From assembly GCF_036588685.1 (NCBI RefSeq), contig NC_086378.1, forward strand, positions 66,340,001 through 66,404,000: a stretch of DNA of 64,000 nucleotides. The letters are read 5' to 3'. The notes beneath the pieces are model-generated. The model searched no databases and had not been told where the DNA came from. It saw only the letters and a program-made list of their open reading frames with translations. Below are positions 1-11,800 of this stretch, in pieces; within the stretch, counting starts at the first letter, position 1, and every line of letters starts with the position of its first letter. The translations under genes and the position numbers were made by a program. The DNA is from Mytilus trossulus (lineage: Eukaryota).

Positions 1-3000
1 TATATTTACTATGAAGCGTGAAAGAAGATCAAGTTTTACATATTTTGTTAAAATTCTCAAGGTATATAGAACCGAAAGATATTTGTACAGGGTTTGCAAG
101 GTACATATGAATGCCTACTCGTATCAAATATTTTTAGAAAAATCGAACTGTTAATGAAAAGTGTCCACCATGCACTTACATTGTACTATTATTAGAATTA
201 TAGTAGACTAGAATGATATTCAAATTGATGGAAAACATATATACATGTAACTGTTATTTTAATATAATATATAATAACAAATCAGTGTATACTTATATAC
301 TTCAATATAATAGTTATTACGGTGAAGTTGAATTTCCTGACATTTATTCATCATCCCCGCACAAACTTGTCTCAGAAAAAATATATCTCTATACATTAAC
401 CTCAGTTTCACTTAAAGAGATATGTGATTTTTTTTTTAGACAAGTGCTCTTGACCATCCAGTAGAATTTGTGGTCATCCGATTTAAAGCACGTCAGATCT
501 TTGATTAATAACTCGTTATTACTATTTACATTCCAGTGCACGTTTTTTCGTATTCTTTTGACACAGCGTTTCCACTCGGACTTGCGGTTTGCGTTGATCG
601 AATTTCTAACGAGTAACTAATGATAGTATCGGCGAATGACGAAAGATTTGGACAGTGTAAACTCTGTTTTCTACAAACAAATTTGCGTACATATGATTCA
701 TAGTAAAACGCCACCACTCAAGTTAATAAAACATATTCACCTTTCTCCTTGATGTTTTAAATAATTTAGATTCCAGTTAATAATGGATTATTGAAGGATC
801 AATATAATCACGTCAGAGAATTTGGTTAAGGCGTTATTAATTAATCAACAACGCTTTTTCATATTGTTATAAAATCTAGAAAAAGAACACCATTATATGT
901 CATATCGATTTTATAGCCATGCTATAATTGTATTTTCTATTAAAAATGTAGGTAGCAATTACACTAGGAGTGTAATTAATATGCTGTACTCTTTATCTAT
1001 AATTATTATATTCTTGATTGAGTCGCCAGAAGTAGACTCCGTAATCAAATGACCAAGACAATGAATAGTTGTCTTCAGTTTATTTACTGTGCTTTTTGTA
1101 ATCAACCTAACACAGAACAAAAATAACATAAAAGGAAGAAAGATACAACCCAGGAAATAAAGAAAAATAAATGAAATTGTGGTAAGATTTTGAAAGCTTT
1201 ATACTTTTACTACTTATAATTTTTTTCTTTCTATAGTTCAGTACCTAACGGTAAAAAAGAATTAACACTTATGACAAAAGGAATCGTTCTCTATTGTGAA
1301 TTTTACTACATTTAGACTGGTGTGTTTCTTTGGTCCCTTCTCATAGAGTGTATATATTTAGTAATCATAAATAACTTTCCTATATTTGCTCAAAGATACA
1401 AAGATTTGCTGTGGAATTCTTATAAAAATATCCTAATTTGACGGTAATTGTGTTTATTAAGCATGGCGCATGGTATGATAATTGAACTACCATCTATGTA
1501 AACAGTATTGATAATTTGACTAAGCTTATTTCTTCAAGGATAACCAGTTTTATTTGCTAATTGAAAATTAAGCGGAATAAAATAATTTAAGACTGCAGAG
1601 AAGATAATTCTGTTTAATTGGTTATTACTAACCGACTTAAATAAAAGAGTGAGCTATTATTACTGTAAATGTATAATGTCTCTAGTCTGGTCAAAGAGTC
1701 AGAGTGTCCTACTTAATTAAACGATAAATTGTTGAAATTAGATAACTTGTTTTCACGTGCAGAGAAATTTCTTTTATGTCCAATGCATGACCGGATATCA
1801 TCTTTCTTATTGGTCAATGGCATTGCGGGTCAGCACGAGTTCACGTGTAAGTGCATTGTGGTCACTTCCTTTTATCATCAGTATTTGATGTGTTAACTTG
1901 TGATTCTTATCAAACAATTTGTTCAAAATTCACACCCACATACCGCCCTTTATTTTATCTTTTGAAGTAGATATGTATATATGTTTATTTATGGGGCAGG
2001 TTTTTCTCCCCACCTTTGCTATTCTTTGTCATTTATTCAATTGACATGATATTAGTTGATGTAATTTCGTAGTAATTATGTATTATTATTTCATATTAAA
2101 TATGAATTTTTATGTCAAATGTTTTATTTGCAAAATGTATTTTTTGCATTTTATGATTTTGAATAAATGACCTTTTTTTTCGTCATTTTTATTGATTTTG
2201 TTTATAACAAATCTTAAAAATTGCTAAATATATATAATTTGATATTTGAGAACACGTTCGATCATACATTCTGTTGATAATAGTTTTGCATTGTACAGGT
2301 TAATACATTTCGCAGACTTTTAATTACGCATTTAAACTAATTCGATAGATGAGTTCTCTTATATTTGTACTTTATGTCTTTTATTTGAGTAACTTTCGTT
2401 TTGTGTTGCGTAACGAGTTTTTATAATCTCTGATGAGTTCTTTGTTTTAGACGAAAATCATTGTATATGTGATTAAGTTATTTACTGATACCCTATGCAG
2501 TTTCTTTAAATCATATTTATATTGAAAAAAAATACCGAACTCCAAGGGAAATTAATAAAAAGAAAGTCTTTTTCAAATGGAAACATACAAAGCTCAAACA
2601 AATTAAACAGGTGCAAAAGCAACTGTCTAAAAGATTTCCTGACTTACTATATACATTTCCTGATATAGATGTTAATGGTGGATTATAATACAGATCGTAA
2701 TACAGTATTGAACAGAACACGTTTCATACAGAATAATTGTTAATTGAGCTAGACATCTAATGAGCTAATATTTTGTACATATTCTGTTATTATCGGCAAA
2801 ATAATCATAATTGGCCTTGATTAAAATTAATCTTCCACAAACCATCAATCCACATTATACCTACAATAATAGGTAATACAAAAACATAAAACATATTATG
2901 CTGTCACATTTCTATGTCTGGTGCATATTATTGTTAGTATTTTAATATTGGTACGAAAAGAGTTTATCAACTGTACACAAGTTAGTGGTACAAATAAATC

Positions 3001-3867
3001 ATCAGTTTGCATTATCCCCTACTTTAGTGGTTTAGAAATTTCAGTGAATTTAAATCCATTTTTGTGATTTAGGTGTTCCCTTAGATTATGATCTTTAAAT
3101 GCCAATTTTATAAATTTTCCGTTTAGGGACATTTGTTTCTGTAATTTGCATACATACATGTAGATAAATTACTCTTCCTCTTAAAAAATAATTCAGCAGT
3201 GTGCAGTAAAACAGAGCACAAAATCATTAAAAAGCATCTTTGAAATTTATATGCGAAAACTACTCCAGCAATCCGACAAAAGGTTAACAGTTTTATGTTA
3301 CCTGATGTAGTCATCATTTCAGTTTTGACGTAAATATCAATTATATGGTCATTTTTTTAAATTCATTTCTTGTTTGAAAAAGTTTGAATTTTTCGAAAAG
3401 ATAAGGATTTATTTTATCACAGGCATAGATTACCTTAGCTGTATTTGTCACAACGTTTTAAAATGTTTGGTTAACAATGCTCTTTAAATTTGTACTTGTT
3501 TGGCTTCATAACTATTTTGATTATAAGATAAAAGTTTATTTCAATGGCATAACCATGCGTATTTCGATCACCGGATTTTCACGAGAGTTCACTGCATACG
3601 GAAAACATATCGACGAATTATTTACTGGAAACAAACAATTAGAAAAATTAAATACCTTCAAAATTAGGACAGATTATAGAATTTTCTTGAAAAAAAAGTT
3701 TATGTACCTATGTTTTATACAAAACTTTGATTTTTTCAAAAAACTAAGGATTGTCTTATCCCAGGAATAGATTACCTTATCCTTATTTGTCACAACGTTT
3801 TGGGATTTTTGGTTCACAAGGCTCTTCAACTTTGTACTTGTTTGGCTTCGTTACTATTTTGATCGGC

Positions 3868-3911
3868 GCGTCACCGATGAGTCTTATGTAGACGAAACGC
3901 GCGTATGGCGT
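3868..3911 (+). ncRNA. Type I hammerhead ribozyme motif (core U4->C) in a retrozyme-like repeat (~3300-3960)
   Basis: GCGTCA-CCGATGA-GTCT(TATGT)AGAC-GAA-ACGCGCGT-A-TGGCGT. Stem I is GCGTCA/TGGCGT, stem II is GTCT/AGAC, and the minimal stem III is palindromic. Confidence 0.8.
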
Positions 3912-4299
3912 ATCAAATAATAAACCTGATAACGGTTTCTTCTTTACCTTCAAAACTATCATCTTCAAATATTTGATCTGATTTACAAAGTATTTCAGTC
4001 TAAATTTCATATTTCAAATTAACTGTAAAGATGTTTCCATTAAGACCGACAGGTTCATTAAGTAACACACCTTATTTTGTGTACTCTTATTTGACTGTTT
4101 GTCTTTTCATTTCTCAGCAATGGCAATGTCAGTTTATTTTTGATATATGAGTTTTATTGTCTCCTTTGTATCTTTCGGCCCTCTTTTATCTGCATGCATA
4201 CAGTTATTCTTTTGTCAATACAATTAAAGTCTTTCAATCAATTAAAACATCAAGTTGGTGTTAAAAAATATGAAGCAAATGTTATAATAACTTACTTAA

Positions 4300-4892
4300 G
4301 GTGGTATGGGTGCCTTTCGCCATCTTGGATTGTAAAAAACAGAGAATCTAAGGTCCATATTTTCTATCAAATTAGCAAAATTTGATGCAAGAATGCAGAT
4401 ATGTCATGTGTTTTTACATTTAAAAGATGCAATTTATAAGAATATAACTTATAAATATAAATATATGTACAAGTGTAGATTATTTTTGGTTGTTTTTAAA
4501 TATTTTTAAATTGTCATTTTAAGGGGAGGTAACTCTAAAACAGTGCATTTTCTGTTGGATTGTTCATGGAATTTTCCTATTTTGTATTTTAGCCGGAAAA
4601 AACGTACGGTGACCCTATCTTTTCTTTTGATATTATCAAAGTATTGTTTGAAAGCTATATTTTTCTAATTTATTTTACAATTCTATCATTTCGTTTAGTT
4701 TCTATTCACAAAATGGTGTTTTTTTCCTGTATAATCCATACAAAATGTGTCCTTTTGTCACGACCCGTAGCTTGAAAAAATGCACGATGACCTATCATTT
4801 TTATAATATTTTTTAACATGTATCAATAGATACTACATTTTGGCAAAGTATGAACAGATTCTATCATTTTTATTTTAGACTCCCATACCACC
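4300..4892. mobile_element. MITE with TTAA TSD (Kolobok-like non-autonomous)
   Basis: TTAA|GGTGGTATGGG ... CCCATACCACC|TTAA. The paralogous site in unit B (22340-22343) has a single TTAA, i.e. an empty site. Confidence 0.9.
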
Positions 4893-5089
4893 TTAAAAGT
4901 GTTACAATCTTCACTTCTAAAATCACGGCTTCAGTCAGTGCCTTAATTTTCATATTTTTTTTAATTTTTAGTCTAAAATCACTGCTTCAGTGATTTTACA
5001 AAGTCAGTGCCTTAATTTTCATATTTGTTTTAAATTTTTGTATCTATTTTTAAATACAGAAATCACTTGAAAGGGTAATTCTGACATCA

Positions 5090-5578
5090 CTTGGATACAG
5101 GGCTTGCCTTTCCTATCATGATTTTCTTAATAGATGATAGCTGCTCACAAGGAAACTATTAAACAAAGAGTTTCAAATGGTGCCGTTGAACTCATCCCTT
5201 GCCATCATGAGTTGGTTGAGCATATTGACCGTTTCACAGATAATATCGGATATGTTACTTATGCCGTAACTACAATTATATACCCTTCCCCTTTTACGAA
5301 TGTGACCTACCGAATTAAACTATTTAGCGGAAGTGTAATAAAAAAAAGCAACACGACGGGTGCCACATGTGGAGTAGAATCTGCATACCCTTCCACAGCA
5401 TCTGATATCACCCCCAGTGTTTGATTGGGTTCGTATTGCTTAGTCTTTAGTTTGCTATGTTGTGTTTTTTTGTGTACTATTATTTGTCTGTTTTTTTTTA
5501 AATTTTAAGCCATGGCGTTGTCGGTTTATTTATAATCTATGAGTTTGATGTCCCTCTGATACCCTATGTCACTCTCTT
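5090..5578 (+). mobile_element. Family P1 fragment upstream of NIT-GC A (paralog ~22560-23052)
   Basis: Matches the reverse complement of 46578-47080. Confidence 0.65.
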
Positions 5579-5863
5579 GGATAAAAAAGTACTCCTGACT
5601 GTTTTACCAAAAAAGATGGAGAAATGTAAAACTTTTAAGTGTTATGACTATCTTTCATACGACAACTAGTACAGTTCGCGAAAGATGAGGAAAACTTCGA
5701 CAATTGGAATCGTTAGCATGGTTCACACATGTATCTATAATATAAATTTACTCAATGCTCCTTTCGATTGTGTTTTGCGGAAGGATTCAGTCATCTAGCA
5801 ACTTCATATTCTGTTCTTTATTTACAGAAAATACAGAAATCGAAGTCAGCACATATTTGAGAT

Positions 5864-8800
5864 ATGATAAAATATAATAAAAAAGTCAGCATAAGTCCGG
5901 AGTCAGTGATAGAAGTTAGACCTTGCGCTAAAAGTGACAGTAACGAGAATGAAGAGCAAAGTGAAAGCGATGCAGTGGAGGAAGCAAGAGCGTCTGAAAT
6001 CAGAAGTTTATGTAACCACTGGAAAATGTTTGTTGTGATCATCATTCCTATATCAGCAATAATAATGCTCTCTGGAATTTCATTAACTCGAGCATCTAGG
6101 ATCCAACAAAGTACATCATTAGCTATAGAGAATATAGACGACAATTTGAAAATGAGTGAACTGATACAGCATCTACAACGAGAACGAGGCATGTCTACAT
6201 CTTTCATTGGGACATCAAATGTATCATCCGCTATATTAAACAAGCTACATATAATGAGGCAAGAAACAAATACAAGTTTGAACAACATAAAATGGCCTTA
6301 CTTTGGTATTTTTGTAATGAATTCTTATTGGACGAAAGAAGATTTGCTAACATCATTAGCCGAGCATAGAAGGTATGTTGAGAATAGATCTATAAAGATC
6401 CTCTATAATTTAGACTATTATACTACAATTACTCATGCCTTGTTGAAGTATATAGTTCAATCTGTTACTCCATCGGATAGTGCAGCAGTACAACAGATGG
6501 TAGTGGCTAGTGAAGCTCTATTATCACTGACAGATGACATAGGCATCCAAAGAGCTATTGGGACGACATTTTTTACCTCTTGTGGATGGCAATCTACAGA
6601 AATAGAGACGTACTACATGACATTACATGGACGGTCATCAGCGTTTTTAGACACAGCAATACATCATCATAGGAACATTGAAACACAGTTAACACAAAAG
6701 ATTCAAAATTCTGCTTATTTGTCATATTTTGCCGATCAATATTATTCATTTGAATTGTTTAAGGATTATAAAAATATTTGTTCCAAGACGTCACAATATG
6801 AGAGAGAAACAAAAAGTATAAAATGGTTCAGTAATATGACAATATTCATTGATATATTTTTCGAAATTCGACAAGCTATCAACACAGATATACAATCTTT
6901 TTCAGAAGCTATACAGATAGTTGCTCAGTTTGAGTTTAATCTCTTTCTATCTACTTTGATAGCTGTTGTAACAATTAGCGCTATTTTGTTTACTTCGTAT
7001 GTGTACTTTGTTGCCAAAATGACAGGCAATTTATTAAAGTTAGCTGAGAAAGTTAAAAGGAAGACTGAAAAGCTGGCAAAAGAGAAGAACAAGACTGATT
7101 CTCTACTCTACCAGATGTTACCAAAACAAATTGTTAGAAATTTGAAAAAAGGGACGTCATCTATGGCGGAATTGTTCAATGAAGTGACAATATACTTTAG
7201 TGATATTGTAGGATTTACGCAACTAGGAGCTGAAAGTAACCCTATCGAAATTGTTAACTTGCTGAATGACTTATACAGGTATGTTTATTCTTTAGTTTTA
7301 TTAGATAACGTGCTCAAACAGTTTAGAAATCAAGGAAAACTAATTAATAAAATGATGATAGGTAAAATGTAAAAATAATGATTTTGCTATGAAGGAATAA
7401 AAAGTAAGACAAAATACCGAACTTAATGTATACATAGCTTTTAAAAAAATGGTCAATGATACAAACATTTCAGCAGAACATTATGATCATAGCTATTCAT
7501 TAACAAAAATAATCAAGCACAAATGTTAAGTATTTTTTAAGTATCAGAATGTTTCGAGTCGATGAAAAAAAAATCAGTTGCGCTGCGATTATTTGTCAAA
7601 TACTGTTTTACTTGTGGCCATTTTTATAAACGATTGATATACGAAATTTTTAACGACACAACTCTGTTGAAAACCGCCCAATAGAATCACACTGTTCACG
7701 TTATGATTGTATGATTATTGTTCGTATCACGCATTGTACATGGACGGACATTGTAAAGGTGCATTGTGGACATATCGCAATGTGAATATAAAGGTATGTA
7801 GGTCATTTGACTTTTGACATAAACGACAGAAGTAAGAAAAAATATGTAGAGGTTTATTATAACATCATGCGGTTAAGTTTGAAATAGATTACTGTGAGTC
7901 CAATAAATATTAGCAGATGTAGCATGAGTGCCAATGAGACAACACGCCATCCAAGTTATGATTAGTAAAAAATAAACCTATGAAGGTCAAAGTATTGTCT
8001 TCAACACAGAGCCTTAGCTCACACCGCACAGCAAGCTGTAAAGGACAAGGAAAATTAATAATGTACATGTATTCAAATTGGAAAACCAATAGCATGATCT
8101 ATTTAACAAACGAAAAATGAGGAACACTCATGAAACAAATCAACAAACGAAAACCACCGAACACCAGGTTTCTGACTTAGAACAGGTGCAAACAAATGTA
8201 GCAGGTTAAAAAGTTCCAAAATACACTGATCTTTGAATATCACACGCGAAGGGAAATCGTAAAAACTTACTATTCTGATTTTAGTCTACGACATCTGTGT
8301 TATGATAAACACTTATCGGAGACGGTCTTGCACGTATGAAAATAGTCAAAATACAAGATACTGATTTCATTGCACGACACGTGTTATAATCGTGGAAAGT
8401 TATAGATAAGAAAAAAATGTGAGCATCGCTGAAGGTTGATTGTGTTTTGCGATTTAAAAACGATAATTCTCACTTATTATGTAAGAGGGTGTGTAGGGGT
8501 CTTGCATTTCTCTTTTCATTTATTTCATATCTCCATTTTCCTCTACTCCGTCATTTTATTGCACCATTTTCCACTATTCCTTAATTAATAAACCATTTGC
8601 GACTTTGTTTATTATTCATTCTGGCAATTTTATGTTCTTCTTTCAGTTTACTTGACGAATGCATAGATAAATATGATGTTTATAAAGTGGAAACGATTGG
8701 TGATTCTTACATGGTGGCCAGTGGGGTACCGACACCAAATGGAAAGAATCATGCACCGGAAATAGCATTAATGGCCTTGCAAATTCGACAGGAGGTCAAA

Positions 8801-11800
8801 GGGTATACTATTTCACACATGCCGGGTAGAACGCTTCAGATTAGGATAGGACTTAATTCAGGTTGGTTCAAAAATATTACTTTATCAAATGTTTCATTGG
8901 GTTGCTGTTTCGTTGATCTTTATTCGACATCTGTTTGAATTTATTTTCATTGATTATTCATGTTGTATTGTGAGACGTATGTGAATGAAAAGAAAATTCA
9001 AAATACTAATATACTCTTCCGTTTTTCATAACATGTGTTTCATCTATTAAATAAATCAATCGGTTTTATTTTGTTTTAAATCACCACTGCGGTGTTGACA
9101 TAACAAAAAAATTATATGGTCATATTTATAAGTTTACTGTTTGCAAAAGTATGAATTATTCTAAAAACTAAGGCTTTTCTTATCCCATGACCTTAGCCGT
9201 ATTTGGCACATTTTTTGGAATTTTTGGTCATCAATATTCTTCATCTTTGTATGCCCTTCTTTACTTTTTTGATTGAGCGTCACTGATGAGTCTTATGTCG
9301 ACGAAATAATAGCAAGCTATTATGTTCTATTGTATTGTTTAATCGTTTGTTTTTCAGTACTGTATGTCCTTTCCTTTATTTGTATTGTAGTCCTGTCATG
9401 TATTTTGTAATTTTAGTGTTATATATAACATTGCCATAAAAACGGGAGATTTGGCTGCTCACAAAACCACTAAATATGTTTCTACCAATAGTTATTAGCG
9501 TATAAATATAATGGACATCAGTTTACAGATGAGCTAAGATGGTAAAACATAGGATCTAAATTGTTTTCTTCTTCGAAAAAGATGAAATTAAATTTTGACA
9601 AATGTTATCATTCTGTAGATTCATTTATTTTCGTGGGTATCAATTTTCGTGGATTGCTGAAAATTTGTATATTCGTGGATATTTGATTTCGTGGTTTTTT
9701 CAATCGTTGTATACAAAGCTTATTGAAAATATGATATTCGTTCAACATTTGAATTCGTGGTTTACCTGTATCCACGAAACCCACGAAAATTGGTATCAAT
9801 CGAATAATAATGAATCCACAGTATAAAGTTTGATTTAGCTGGATATGACATTTTACTCAGTGTTGGCTCGCGCAATGCATTCCTAAATGGAAACACTTAT
9901 CCTACCAATTTTGATTTTGTTTTTAGTTCATGCTGTTTTTCTAGTTTTATTTCTTATCTGAACTGAAACTCTTCGATATATAAGGTTTGAATTTTACAAC
10001 AAAAAGTATACTTTGATATAAAAAACATGTAAATGCGTTTACTAATTTATATTTTGTCAGAAAGCTATGTGTAAATTGCTATTTTAGTTATATTATCAAA
10101 CGTGAGTTGTCAGCATTAAAATTTTAAGATCATATTAACCTGATCGTTTATCAAAAGAATTTAACATAATTTTGAAAGTCTTAGTTAAAATGGTTTTTTA
10201 TCCTACCGCCTACTTTATAGTAATATTATGTTTGCTTAGTATTACTATGATAAACATTGGTATATTTCAGGACCATGCGTTGCTGGATGTGTTGGCACTA
10301 AAATGCCAAGATATTGTCTGTTTGGTGACACAGTCAATACAGCATCTAGAATGCAGTCTTTCGGCATCGGTAAGCCCACCTTTAATATGTATTGAAATTA
10401 CCTAGCGTCTTAAAAAATCTTACGTTCATTAAAAATGTTTTTGAAATTTTGTGTGATTATGAAAACAGATTGTAAATAAATGCAAGACTCGGCACAATGC
10501 CATGAAAAACAAACATAAGACAAAGGACCAGCGCTTTGATTTCTAATCTCAAAGTCATAGTTTTCAAATCAGAGCAACATATTTCTATCCAACCAAAAGT
10601 TAACAACAATCTCTCGCAATGCCTTGGATAAGTTTTGATTCGAATTGCGTTAAAGATAATGCAAAAACTAAGAGTTTTCTTGTCATACAACACACCGATA
10701 AGGATTAATTTAGGTTAATTCCTACCATAGAGAGGTCATCTGAAACCTGCACTGAAATGAATACTAAAAAAAACATATCTTGATGTGTGAACTTTGGGCT
10801 CTATTAACAATAGTATGGATTTCGTCTGTAAATTTAAGCCAATCATTCATTAAAGATTTTTCTAAATTACCATTCCAATAAATTTAAACAAAATCTGAGT
10901 ATGCGATGTTGCTTTAAAGCTGTTATCAACAACACACATAGCTGATTTAATAACGTATGTATAATTGTTACAAAATGTGATATGAATTTTATTTACAATG
11001 TTAGAATACTTTTTGAATAATTAGAAATTGCATCTCTTTAAAATAAAGTAAAATGAATGAATCGGAAATAAAACTAATTTCTACTTTGAAACAAAACCCC
11101 TTCAACCAGATGAAATAGCAATGAAATTTCTTAAAAAAAAGATTTTTAACAGAGATAGTGCAGTTATATTTCAGTTTTAATTCATATTGTTAAAGGGTGC
11201 AGATCATCAAATACCTGAATGAGTGCTGCATGGAAATGAAAAATCTGGTAAAAGGTAAAATCACAAAAAAATGAACTCCGAACTTCTACATTACAAAATT
11301 ATGTATTAACAAAACAAACAAACACAATAGGTAAAAATGTCAAAATAGGGGTATAACAGTGTTAGTATCTTAATAATTTAAAAAAATATATATTACACAA
11401 AAGTGCAAAAAATCACACAGACAAATCACACGCACATTGAAAGACACGAATACAAATAAATACCATAGCATAGCATAGTAACACAATGATTGGATATATA
11501 AGTACCAAGCCCCGTCAAATGAATATCACCAAAAATAGAGTAAAAAATAAAAGTAATATTAAAAAAGACAAATTAAAGAAAACTACTTAACGGTATAAAG
11601 ACGATAATTAATGTCAGAATCAAAAATCTGTACTTTAAGCCAATCGTGTGAAGTCAATACGGAATATTTACCAACAATGGCTTGGTGCCTTCCGATTAAC
11701 TTAGAAAAAGGACGTAACGTTCTATGACATAGTCATGTTTCCTCTTCTTTCTACTCATACACTGGTTACGTTTTACAATGCCTGATAAGCTGCTGCAAGC

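Noticed and set aside
4910-5040. Two-unit direct repeat (also 22363-22510) and short repeats at 56215-56300 as CRISPR-like arrays
   Set aside because: Only 2-3 degenerate AT-rich units, no unique spacers, eukaryotic context; ordinary local tandem duplications.
5818-6288. Antisense ORFs overlapping NIT-GC, serpin and SLC22 exons (e.g. 5818-6288, 36585-36926, 50267-50641, 62012-62221)
   Set aside because: Shadow frames of real coding sequence with no independent motifs.
7279-7372. C-terminal tail of the 502-aa ORFs ([11 protein letters not shown]...; likewise 24752-24845)
   Set aside because: Read-through into intron 1. The AG|GTATGT donor splices in phase to the next cyclase exon.
10172-10405. 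77-aa ORF (and 27167-27403) as a small membrane protein
   Set aside because: It overlaps NIT-GC exon 3 in a different frame; the real frame encodes [20 protein letters not shown].
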